This document shows, in pieces, positions 10,918-24,089 of a stretch of 64,000 nucleotides of DNA. Source of the DNA: Anthoceros angustus. Taxonomy: Eukaryota > Plantae > Anthocerotophyta. The translations under genes were made by a program, and so were the position numbers. Positions within the stretch are counted from its first letter, which is position 1. Every line of letters begins with the position of its first letter. The notes under the pieces are model-generated. The model did not search any database, was not told the DNA's origin, and saw only the letters and a program-made list of their open reading frames with translations. The stretch spans positions 62,001 through 126,000 of the forward strand of contig MU008149.1 of NCBI GenBank assembly GCA_010909165.1. Direction: 5' to 3'.

Positions 10918-13900
10918 AATGTGCACCCTTACACTGTGCACTTATATCCATGAATATTAATATAATAGATATAATTATATAAATATATTGATTATTTTAT
11001 TTTATATTAAGGTACACATTACTTATTCATTCATGGATGATTTATTGAGGTGAAAGAACGATGGAAAGAGACCATCTAGGAGGGGAAAACAAATGGGGAC
11101 CGGGGTCGGAGTGAAGAGGAGCAACCCAGCTCCCTACCTAAAGTGACCATTGCACCCACAATGTCAGTGCGAGTGAGAATAATGACTTGCAAACCACGGA
11201 GGAAGAGGAAAAGGCATCACCACCGTCGGTACATGCCTTGGAGAATCGCCGTTGAGCGCCCGTTGAAGAGCAATAGAAACCAGCCGGAAGTATCGCGGGA
11301 AATCTGAGAGGGACAGCCACACTATGCTCAGCGCATGGTAAGCTTTGGCACAAGACTTGGCAATTTGTCAAAGTCCTCAACCATTGCCCCATACGTTTCT
11401 AGAGCAAGCGGGATAAAGAGGTGGCCGCTTGCATCCAGCTATACTTGCGGACCTTGAGAGTCACTTTGCTGCAGGAAGCAGCACAGATGGTTGGTGATGA
11501 CAGGCGGAGGTGGCGTCGCGTCTGAGAGGTCAAGATAACCTACATCCGCCACCACACACAGTCGCCACGGACAAGCCCTACTAGAAAAGGCAGCCTATTT
11601 TATCATTGTTGCAATTTCATGTTACACTTCCATATTGCAACATGCTTTTAGGCTTGGTATTAAGATTGACACTATTTTCTTCTCTCATGTCACCATCTTA
11701 ACATGGACATGGCTCTCTCTCTCATCACCTCGTCCTCCTAAGTACAACCTCCCTCTCGCTAGCATTGTTTATGATTTGAAACATATACAATGAAAACTTA
11801 CTTGTGTTATAGTCCTTGTTGCAATTTCATGTAACACTTTCCATGTGGAACACTCAAAAAGTTAGGTGGCTTGGTGTTAAGTTTGTGATTCTCTCCTCCA
11901 CATTCTCTCACCATCTTAACAACATGCAAGTGGTCTCGACCTTACACCGCCATTAAGAGCTTATCATGAAGTTTGTTGGTTTGGTGTTAAGTTTGTGACC
12001 TTCTTCTCCACTTTCTCTTACCATCTTAACAACATGCTCTGGTCTCTCCTTTCACATCACACTCTAGTTAATGCTCGATGACACCCATTTCTTTATTGTT
12101 TCCCTCTTTGTGTTGCAATATGTTTGTGACAATGAGCTCCCCTCCCACCAGATTTTATTCTTCCCTCTTGCTTCTCATATATGGCATGTCATTCTCTTTC
12201 CATCTTACCTCCTTTGCATAGCCATGCATTTATGGTTAATGTACCTTCCCTCTTCAATGCACCCTTGTGTCCACACCTGGTTTTGTTTTCAAGCCCCATG
12301 TACAGTGAAACCCTTGCTATAACCTAACCATGTATAGTAGGATTCTACATTATTTATATGTCTATCTATATATACGGTTGGCAGGACTTGTTATGTGTAA
12401 TCCTATATATGTGGTAAATATATATATATGTATATAATGAATACATACTCTTTATGTATAGGTACAAATTCATAGATATCTACCCATGGCATAGTTATAA
12501 GTATACACCTCCTACATTAATTTGTACCTCATCATATTTACCACCAAATGCGACACATGCATTCGTTTCTTCAAACGCCCCTTTGTGCGTTTTCCCAATC
12601 TAGACTTCCCAATCCGGACTTCGCTTCTTTTTACGAACATGTGCGCAGACATATGCCATATTTTCGAGTTTCATTCCACACCTTGCTAAACTTATCGAAT
12701 GAGTAACGCTACGGAAATATGGAATGGACGATTGTGCCGGTGCTGCAAATCTCCTTCCTCATTCGTGACCACCGCCCGTCCTCGACAAAATAGCGAGCGT
12801 ACAAGTTCTGTTCGACCACAAGCACTCCACCTCCACCAACCACGTACTGCGATGGCGGTTTGGATGCCCCTTGATGCGCTTGCCCGTGCGTGTTGCGTTT
12901 GCTCCAAGCTGCACACCGGAAGGTAGGGCGCATCAATATCTACGGCGTCCACAACTCAATCCAGCTTATTGCGGACATGGACTTGCACATACCACGATGG
13001 CGGCGGCAACCTCTGACTCTTGGCGTCATCGAGTCGACTCCTCCTGCATCTTCAACGCGTCGTTTGCGGACCCTTTTGGCCTAGCACCTCCCGCCGTTTT
13101 CCGCTAGTGTACCCTGTGCGGCGGCATTCGAGCCACTGACCTCCACGCTCAAGCCTTGCACTCCGGCCCCATAGGCTGCATAACCACCGTGCACTATGTT
13201 ACGTTAGGCAAAAGGACCGCATTTAATTCATCCAAGTCATTGCCACCAAACTCACACTTTTGAGAGATCTTGTGATTCTTCTTGTGGGTGGGCACTCACA
13301 CCTCCACCTTCCACACCATCCCCACGCCTCCGACATCACTTGAGTGTGATGCCCTCCTCGTTCCACCTTCCCTTCCCTTCCCCTCGGGACATGCTATGGT
13401 TCCTTCCATCTTTTCGTGCCCTTCACCGCACATTATTCCTTCTCCTTGACACCTGCCATGCACACGCATCGATTCTGTTCACGCCTTCATGTCCTACATG
13501 CGCACTTTTGTCCCCATTGCAATTCCACCAAGGCCCCGATCTATCGCCACCACTCCGGTAGTTGCATGCTCTCCAATCCATGTTTCGCAGCCCATTTCAA
13601 CTCTCTCATTGCTCCTCCCCACCGTTGAACATACCTTCTCTCGAACTCTTTTGCTCCCATGGGACCAAATGGATTGGTCCCATGCTCGTGCTTTGCAAGT
13701 CGAGTGAGTTCTTGTTGTGGGGTTGGCCACACACCGTGCTTGTGCGTCACCACCGCTTGCTCCACAGCCGTCTCCATGCCTCTTGGCGTTCGGAGGGTGG
13801 AGCCATTTCGCATCTTTCCCTTCTCCTCCAAATAAGCGCACTTGTCGCACCTTCTTGCCAACGCGTTGTGGTTTCTTGTCCATGAAGCCCCGCAAACCTA

Positions 13901-16900
13901 CACGATATCCTCGCGCTCTACACTAGGAACTCATACTCCACCTTCCTCACCAATCATCCCTCAAAGTCTCGTCGTGGCTCGACCATGGCATAGTTATAAG
14001 TATACACCTCCTACATTAATACCTCATCATATTTACCACCAAATCGACACATGCGCATTCGTTTCTTCAAACGCCCCTTTGTGCGTTTTCCCAATCTAGA
14101 CTTCCCAATCCGGACTTCGCTACGAACATGCGCGCGGCACATATGCCATATTTTCGAGTTTCATTCCACAGCTAAACATATCGAATGCCAAACGCTACAC
14201 GGAAATATGGAATGCCGCTCTGTGTGCGGTGCCGTCATCTCTCCTCTCGGCCGACCCGCCCGTCCTCGACTCAAGCGTGCGTTCATTCGCACCACAAGCA
14301 CTCCACCTCCACCAACCACGCGTACTGCGATGGCGGTTTGAATGCCCCTTGATGCGGCGTGCGTGTTTCATTTGCCGCTTGCTCCAAGCTCGCACTGGAA
14401 GGAAGGCATCAATATCTACGGCGTCCACTCAACTCAATCCAGCTTATTGCGGACATGGACTTGCACATACCACGGTGGCGGCTTCTGACTCTTACGTCAT
14501 TCAGTCTCCTCTCCGTTCGTCGTTTGCGACCCTTTTGGCCTACCTCCTGCCGTTTCTCCGCTCATGTCGACCCTTTGCGGCGGCATTCGAGCCACTAACC
14601 TCCACGCTCGGGCCTTGCACTCCGGCCCCATAGGCTGCATAACCGTGCACTATGTTACGTTAGGCAAAAGGACCGCATTCAATTCATCGCCGCCATTGCC
14701 ACCAAACTCACACTTTTGAGAGATCTTGTGATTCTTGTGGGTGGCAACGCACTCACCTCCACCTTCCACACCATCCCCACGCCTCCGACATCACTTGAGT
14801 GTGATGCCCTCCTCGTTCCACCTTCCCTTCCCTTCCCCTCGGGACATGCTATGGTTCCTTCCATCTTTTCGTGCCCTTCACCCCACATTATTTTCCTTCT
14901 CCTTCGACTGCAGCCATGCACATGCACACACACATTCACGCCTTCATGTCCTACATGCTTTTTGACCACAGCTTGCAATTCCACCAAGGCCCCGATCTAT
15001 CGCCATACCACTCCAGAGTTCATGCTCTCCAATCCATGTTTCGCAGCCCATTTCAACTCTTGTTCGCTCCTCCCCACCGCTGAACATACCTTCTCTCGAA
15101 CTCTTTTGCTCCCATGGGACCAAATGGATTGGTCCCATGCTCGTGCTTTGCAAGTCGAGTGAGTTCTTGTTGTGGGGTTGGCCACACCACCGTGCTTGTG
15201 CAACGTCACCACCGCTTGCTCCACGTCTCCATGCCGCCCGTCTTGGTTCGGAGGGTGGAGCCATTTCGCATCTTTCCCTTCTCCTCCAAATAAGCAACAT
15301 CGCACCTTCTTGCCAACGCGTTGTGGTTTCTTGTCCATGAAGCCCCGCAAACACGATATCCTCGCGCTCTACACTAGGAACTCATACTCCACCTTCCTCA
15401 CCAATCTGTCCCTCAAAGTCTCGTCGTGGCTCGACCATGGGAGCATCAAGCGCATCTTCGCACACTAGCTCCAACACGCTGCTGGAAGGCCTTCCGGACC
15501 GATCCCTCCTCGTGGGCTCTTCCTCCTCATCTTCATTCTCCACCCACCCTCCATCACACAGTGCTCACGCCCATGTAAACCCCCACGACCATGCACTGCA
15601 CAACACGGCAATAATGTCGTCAAGTGGCTTACCGCCAACTTTTACGTGAGCTCCCCTATCTCTCCTGCATCAATGTTGTCGGAGGTCCTCCTCCACCTCT
15701 TCTTCACCATTTCCACTCCCGCCTCCCTCCGCTTTCACCATCCTCGGTGCCCGTGGTGTCCTCGTCCAGACGGTGCCTCTCTGACTCAGGAGCAGGCGTT
15801 TCGTGGCCTCCATCCTCTTCCTTAGCCTCGCCTGTAGCAACGTCGGCTCCAAAGGCAGCACTTTGCTGCCCTTCAGACTGACCCTCCTGCACACTCCTAC
15901 GGAGGTCCCCATTGCCGTCAAACAAAAGCTCTTCCAGGAGAGCCCAATTCTCCATCCCCCCATCCAGAAGCTGCGCGTCCTCGGGAACACCACCATCATC
16001 CTCCACAAGCCCACGGTCCTCGCGCACCTCGTCCAATTTCGTTTTCAGGTGTGGAGGCCCTTTCATACTCATCTGCGTGTGCCGTCCCTGCACAAGCTCC
16101 ACCGTTAGCTCCCACATATTGGAGCAGTCGTGGAATGAGGATTTGTTGCCTCCTCCTCCTCATCACCAACACCTTCCACGCTGTTGGTGCTCCTCCCTCC
16201 CCAGGCATCCATGCCTCCATCCGGCTCCACGGAAGGACCCTCCCGGCATCCACTCCGCCTCGACTCAGGCGCAGATCGCCCACATCGCGCCGCGCGCCCT
16301 CGGTTTGGCCCCGTATCGTCGCCGTTGAGCAATTCCACTAGCATGCCAAAGCGGCTCGCCATCCTCCTCGCCATTTCCAAACCTCCGTGCCCATCGGCGA
16401 TGGCGCAAACAAATGATGCCGGCCCTCCTCCTCCGTTTCTTGCGTCAATCACTTTACGCCGCATCCAAGTCACGGGCAATGGGAGGGTTGAAGGCTTAAT
16501 CGAACCGCCTCGGCCAAATCTTGAAGTCCGTCCCAAACCATAGCAACCACATCGCGCCTGGATAGCCCTAACCGCGACAAGACAAAGCGCAAATGCGGTA
16601 GCGATGCGCGTAACCTTGTGGATGGGGAGGGGAGAGGAGGAGGGTGGCGGGGGCGTAAGTGAAATGGCATGCCACGCCTTGCCATGCCATGCACGGTTTC
16701 CTCAGTCCGTTACTCCCGATTGCCTATTTGTTCAAATATGGCATGCTTGGCATATATAGCCGCGCTTTTCACACGTGTTCGTGACCCAAGGACGATTTTG
16801 ACTGGTTTCAATTGACGACCATGGGCCAAGATGCTATGAACCCAATGCATCGCCCCAAACAACAATCCATAACAAGGACAATTTGAATGGTAGAAAACAA

Positions 16901-19900
16901 TGTTGATTTACCTTCTACATATGTTGCGAGACCTAAGGTTGAACACCTACCTCAGACATTGCATCGGCGTCCCTCGCGCCCTTTAGTTGTTTCTCTGCTT
17001 CTCTTCAAGTTCTAATATGGCATGTCACCATCGTCCACATATATAGGAGGCCGATTTCCCTAGTGTTCGTGACCCAAGGGCGATTTACATGCATGCAATT
17101 GAATGACCATGGGTCATGCACGTTGTCTGTTCTTTCTAATGACATGGCCGCCTTGACATGCCATGTCACAAGGGCGAATGGTAGGAAACAATGTTGTTTT
17201 ACCTTCTACATATGTTGTGCGAGACCTAAGGTTGAACACCTACCTCCAGACATTGCCTCGCCGTCCCTTGCGCGCGCCCTTTTGTTGTTTCTCCTGCTTC
17301 TCTTCAAGTTCTGATATGGCATGTCACCATTGTCCACATATATAGGAGGCGGATTTTCCTAGTGTTTCGTGACCCAAGGACGATTTCTGTGCATGCAATT
17401 GAATGACCATGGGTCATGCACGTTGTCTGTTCTTTCTAATGACATGGCCCGCCTTCGACATGCCATGTCACAAGGGCAGATGGTCATCCGCTGGTTTTCT
17501 TCTATATCGGTTGTGCGAGTCCTTCTTGTTGCCCGCCTCGGACATAGCCATGCCGTCCTTTTTGCGCCCGCTTCCATTGGTACTCCCCTCCATATCTGGT
17601 ATGGCATGTCACCGTGATCCACATATATAGGGGCGGTTATGCCTAATGTTTCGTGACCCAAGGACGGTTTTTGTGAATGTAATTGGATGACCATGGGCCA
17701 AGGATGTTTGTCCTAGGTCCTTGACCACAAGCAACATGCCAAGACACAAGGACAAACTTGAATGCCATTAACGTTGTTTTTAAGGCCCTCCATATATATG
17801 TTGTGGGTGTCCTCATGTTGCCACCTTCCATCATTGCCACAACGTCCTTCATGCGGACATGGTTTCTCATACTTATGTATTTGTTCAGATGTGGCATGTT
17901 ACCATGCTTCGCATTTATAGGCGGTTTTCACAAGTGTTTGAGGCTCAAGGGCGTTTTTGGTGCGATGAGAATTACCAGGCCAAGGATGTGTCAGCCATTC
18001 CAACATAGTACCCGCAAACAACATGCCATGACACAAGGACAATTGGAAGGTTTGGAACCGGTGTTTTTTCGCTATATTGCGAGTCATGGTGTGTGTCCTG
18101 CCAGCCCTTGCCATGGCATCGCTTTCATGGTCCACGTGTTCATCCGATGCGCTTCTAAGTTTGGCCATCACGTGTTTCTATGTGCATTCCTTCGTGTCCC
18201 ACCGTAACACGTGGTTGCACTTGAATGGCATGTCCGGATGCATCGCATATGTGCTCGGACATTGTTTAATACATGCGTCCCAGCGTTGTTTAATACTACT
18301 TGTCAAATGCCGTCCGGTGACGGGGGGAGGAGGAGGAGGAGGAGGAGGAGGGCGTGTCGAGTGGGATGAATCCACAGTACGCCTCCATCTTTCCTCATTT
18401 CCCGTTTAGGACGGACATAACCACAATGGCAATGAGCATGGTCCTTTCATCTACTATGAACCTTGGAAGGCCATAATCCGCTTTTAATAATGCATGACTC
18501 AAGGGCAATGGAAGCAGTATTTCCCTTGACTTCAATCGCCTTCATCCGTGAAGATAATGTCCAACTCATTGCCAATAAGTGATGGTGAGCAGTTGCGTAT
18601 GGCGGGTATGGCCCGTGATGTAAGGAAGACCGTGATAATCATTTCCTGCCACACCGAGATGCAAGAGATGCGGTGAACCAACCCGTGACATGTTGGCCCT
18701 TTGCCGCATCTGCGTGGCGGTCGCGAGAACATAATGTCGGTCGAGCAGTGCTCCGCCATCATCCGGGAGTCAAGGCGGTGGAAACAAGTCTCGCATTGGA
18801 AATAATGAAATGATGACAACGCATGGCTCGACAAGTCGGACGTATGTTGGCCTTATCCTTCAGCACGCGCTTTGGCATTGTAATCCCGCTCTTATGCCGC
18901 GCCACGCGCGCCGTCACTCATTGCAATTTGCAAAGTCATTCATGGAAATCGATAGTCGGAAAGCGCCATGCTGCGGGTTTCACTTTATTGAGCAGTCGAC
19001 ATAAAGATTCCTTCGACCGGCCATTCGCCTCGGCACAAGTGGATGTCTCTGGCGGACCTCTCACGGAAATCCTTTTAAATGACCTTCGCTAGCCACACTC
19101 TTCATGGTAGCGGCTCGTAGTCCTTCCGCGGTGCGGCGCAAATGTGGAATAGTCGGCGCACCACTCCCTACCCTTGCCCTCTCCTCTTATCTTGTTTCCT
19201 CTGGAATTGCCATGGTCGTGTGGCGAAAGCATGGACGTGGAGCCACCGGTGCAGTGGAAGGAGAACCGAATCGTTTGATGTTCTCTCCTCCCCGGTGCAC
19301 ACCGCCCTCTCGCCGATGGCCATCAAGGACCCCAGCGTCGCTGAGGCGTGAACTCGCCTTCTCGGTGTGGGCGTGTCATCCGTCATGCAATTGGTGGACC
19401 AGTTGCGTATGGCGGGTATGGCCCGTGATGTAAGGAAGACCGTGATAATCATTTCCTGCCACACCGAGATGCAAGAGATGCGGTGAACCAGCCGTAGACA
19501 GATGAAATGTTCGCCCCTGCTGCCATGCTCTGCGTGGCCAGGTCGGCAGAACATAATGTCGGTCTGAGCACCGGGCCAGGCTGTTCCGCCGGCCATCATC
19601 TGGGAGTCAGGGCAGGTGGAGGAAACAAGTCTCGCATTCTGAAATAAGGAAATGATGACAGCCCGCATGGCTCTGACAAGTCGGACGTATGTTGACGTTT
19701 CGTATCCTTCCAGAGGCACGCGCTTTGGCATTGTAATCCCGCTCCTCCGTGCCCGCGCCACGCGACCGCGTCACTCATTGCAATTTGCAAGCTTGGTCGT
19801 CCATGGAAATCGAGAGTCGGGAAAGCCTGCCATGCCTGCGGGTTTCACTTTATTTGAACGGTCGACAATAAAGATTCCTTCGACCACAGCCCGATGCCGC

Positions 19901-22900
19901 CTGCGGCACAAGTGGATGTCTCTGGCGGACCTCTCCTGGAAATCCTTTTTAAATGACCTTCCCTAGCCACACTCTTCATGGTAGCAGCTATCTGGTAGTC
20001 CTTCCGCGATGCGGGCGCAAATGTGGAATAGGTGACCGGGACGCACCACTCCCTACCCTTGCCCTCTCCTCTATCTTGTTTCCTCCGAATTGCCATGGTC
20101 GTGTGGCGAAAGCATGGACGTGGAGCCACCGGTGCAGTGGAAGGAGAACCGAATCGTTTGATGTTCTCTCCTCCCCGGTGCACACCGCCCTCTCGCCGAT
20201 GGCCATCAAGGACCCCAGCGTCGCTGCGGGCGTGAACTCGCCTTCTCGGTGTGGGCGTGTCATCCGTCATGCAATTGGTGGACCAGTTGCGTATGGCGGG
20301 TATGGCCCGTGATGTAAGGAAGACCGTGATAATCATTTCACGCCACCAGATGCAAGAGATGCGGTGAACCGGCCGTGAACATGTTGGCCCTAACGCCATG
20401 CTCTGCGTGGCGGTCGGCGAACATAATGTCGGTCGAGCACCGGGCCGGTATTCCGCCGGCCATCATCGAGTCAGGCGGTGGAGGAAACAAGTCGCGTCGG
20501 AATAATGAAATGATGACAGCCCGCATGGCTCGACAAGTCGGACGTTTGTTGACGTTTCGTATCCTTCCAGAGACACGCGCTTTGGCATTGTAATCCCGCT
20601 CTTCCGTGCCGCCCGCCTCACTCATTGCAATTTGCAAGCTTGGTAGTCCATGGAAATCGAGTCGGGAAAGCACCGCCATGCTGCGGGTTTCACTTTATTT
20701 GAGCGACAATAAAGATTCCTTCGACCACGACCCTGCGGCACAAGTGGATGTCTCTGGCGGACCTCTCACGGAAATCCTTTTAAATGACCTTCCTAGCCAC
20801 ACTCTTCATGGTAGCGGCTACACGGTAGTCCTTCGCGGATGCGGCGCAAATGTGGAATAGGCGGCCGGGCACCCCTCCTACCCTTGCCCTCTCCTCTATC
20901 TTGTTTCCTCTGGAATTGCCATGGTCGGTGTGGCGAAAGCATGGACCGTGAAGCCACCTTGGGTGCAGTGGAAGGAGAACCCGAATCGTTTGATGTTCTC
21001 TCCTCCCCGGTGCACACCCGCCCTGGTCGATGGCCATCAAGGACCCCAGCGTCGCTGCGGGTGGTGCTTCTTCGGTGTGGACGTGTCATCCGTGTCTATG
21101 CAATTGGTGGACCCGGTTGCGGTTGCAATGCGAAGTCTATGCATGGTCACGGATGTGGCCGTATCAATTCGGGTGGGATGGAGGGTTTGCGGCAGAGATC
21201 GCGATCAGCAACCCTCGTTTCACAAGCCGTGACACATCCTCTTCACCTCGTATGTGTTTGGATTCCGCTTAATTGGATGGCTGAAACATTCAGTTCCTCA
21301 CCTCCCATATTCTTGAGACATTGCGGTGTCGTGGGTGTATGGGACACACCGGCCGACGATGGCCATCAAGGATGAGGGCTGCAGTTCCCTGTTCCTGGCG
21401 ATGGCCATCGACAGCGATGGACGGGAGGTTGCTCTCCCGGCACTGGCCATCAAGGACATGGTAGGTATGGCCGCCGGCCCCTGGCTTTTGCCGTCTCTTG
21501 GGCACGACACTCCTCGTTTCGAGACGACGGTTTATACCTCACAGGGGTGTACGCTCACCATTCTTTAAGGCGGCAATGCAAATGTGCTTACTCACTTTGT
21601 ACCACATGTTCTTGTCATCACGTCGTGCAATAAAAGTCGATGACTGTCATGTGCTTGCGGAATGGATGGATACGGCTTGGTGCCCATCAATACCGCGGAG
21701 CAAACATGACATGTCACCGCCACCACGTCACTTATGTTTGGCGTGTGTCCAAATAGCGTGCCGGTGGATGTCATGGATTCACAAACTTTGGGATCCTTTG
21801 CCATCGGTGTTCCTCCGGGACAGTGCGGTCCTCACTCGACAATTATGCGCCTCCAAGCGTCATGGAGCCAAGAGGGCATGAAGGCGGTGACTTTGCAAGC
21901 TTGGTAGTCCATGGAAATCGAGTCGGGAAAGCACCGCCATGCTGCGGGTTTCACTTTATTTGAGCGACAATAAAGATTCCTTCGACCACGACCCTGCGGC
22001 ACAAGTGGATGTCTCTGGCGGACCTCTCACGGAAATCCTTTTAAATGACCTTCCCTAGCCACACTCTTCATGGTAGCAGCTATCTGGTAGTCCTTCTCGC
22101 AGATGCGGGCGCAAATGTGGAATAGGCGACCGGGATGCACCACTCCTACCCTTGCCCTCTCCTGTTATCTTGTTTCCTCTGGAATTGCCATGGTCAGGTG
22201 TAGCGAAAGCAGGGACCGGCGGAAGCCACCTTGGGTGCGGAGTGGAACGGAGAACCCGAATGCGTTTGATGTTCTCTCCTCCCCCCGGTGCACACCCGCC
22301 CCTGCTGTCGATGGCCACCAAGGACCCCCCGCGTCGCCTGCAGGGGCGGTGAACTCGCCCTTCTCGGTGTGGACGTGTCATCCGTGTCTATGCAATTGTG
22401 TGGACCCGCGGTTGCGGTGGCAATGCGGAAGTCTATGCATGGTCCTGGATGCCGACGTCGTCATCAATTCCGGGTGGGATGGAGGGTTTGCGGCACAGAT
22501 CGCGATCAGCAACCCTCGTTTCACAAGCCAGGTGACCTGTGTATTCCCTTCACCCTCGTATGTGTTTGGATTCCGCTTAATTGGATGGCTGAAACATTCA
22601 GTTCCTCACCTCCCATATTGCCGAGACCGTTGCAGGCGTACGTGGGTTGAGACAGTAACCGGCTGCGAACTGACGATGGCCATCAAGGATGAGGGCTGCA
22701 GTTCCCTGTTCCTGGCGATGGCCATCGGCGATGATGAGGAGGTTGCTCTCCGGCCGCCATCAAGGACACAGGTATGGCCGCCCCAGCTTTTCTCTTGGGC
22801 GACACTCCTCGTTTGCGGCGTTATATACCTCAAACCGGGTGTCGCTCACCATTCTTAAAGCGGCAATGCAAATGTGCTCACTTTGTACCACATGTTCTTG

Positions 22901-24089
22901 TCATCACGTCGTGCAATAAAAGTCGATGACCTGTCATGTGTGCTTCGCGGAATGGATGGATACGGCTTGGTGCCCATCAATACCGCGAACAAACATGACA
23001 TGTCACCGCCGTCCACGTCACTCGTGTTTGACGTGTGTCCAAATAGCAGCGGTCGCCGGTGGTTGTAATCAGGATTCACAAACTTTGGGATCCTTTGCCA
23101 TCGGTGTTCCTCCGGACCGGCAGCTGCGATCCTCACTCGACAATTATATATACGTCATGGAGCCAAGAGGGCATGAAGGCGGTGACTTCGCAAGCCTCGA
23201 AAGTCAAAGCGAAAGGGAGGCGAGGGAAGGTGAAGGCGCAGACCACACACCTTCACGGACCTGCGATGCAAGGTAAGAGGAAGGCGGTGGAGGAATCACT
23301 TGGTGTTGCGGCGTCGGATCCGATTCTGCAGCGCACTGCAGCAACAATTTCCCAATGGGAAGAAGAGGCCAACCGCATTGAGCTACACTTTTGCATAGGC
23401 CACGATCCGAAGGAGGATTTCTGCGAGTTTGAGTCGATTGTTTGGATAGAACACGCCGTGGGGCTTCACATGAAGCGCCACTATGGTGGCTACACACTCA
23501 CAGAATGGGCTTGGGATGCGGCGACGGCATGGAACACCTTGTGCGCATGCCCTTTCACCGCAATGGCGCACGCAACATGGGAGTTGTATAGAGACTTTGA
23601 GAGCATGAGCTCTACACTATCCCTCTATGGACGAAGTGCAAATCAAGGAGGTGGACTACACCAAGGATGGGCGCGTCGTCGACAATCTTAGATTGCCTTT
23701 CAATTCAAGCTTCACGCCAATTGCCATTGTCAATCTTTGAAGAAGTTGACCGGTTTGTTTTAGCTCACAACACGCATTCACAATTGCGGCGGCGATGGCC
23801 ATCGGCGATGGCCGCCCGCTATGTCGGTGCACATGTCCTCCCTTTCAATAGCCGCCGTCACCTATCCGATCGGTTCTCGAGGAGAGTTTGTGTAGGCCAC
23901 GCATCACACCAAGGTTGCCTCACGCTGCTTGCTCTCCGGGATGAACAACATCGAATCCCAGCGCCCTCTCGTGCCATCGACGCCGACTCATCGTCCTACA
24001 TGTTGGAGGAGTCTCGTTTGGAGGTTCTGGTGCGCATGATACTGCACACATACATGTAGGCTTCACAAGTTCTCGTTGCGAATGGGTGA

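Noticed and set aside
16105-16536. PP2C phosphatase gene call from DGHGG
   Set aside because: Only one short motif is present and the other PP2C motifs were not found, so it is kept only as a hint.
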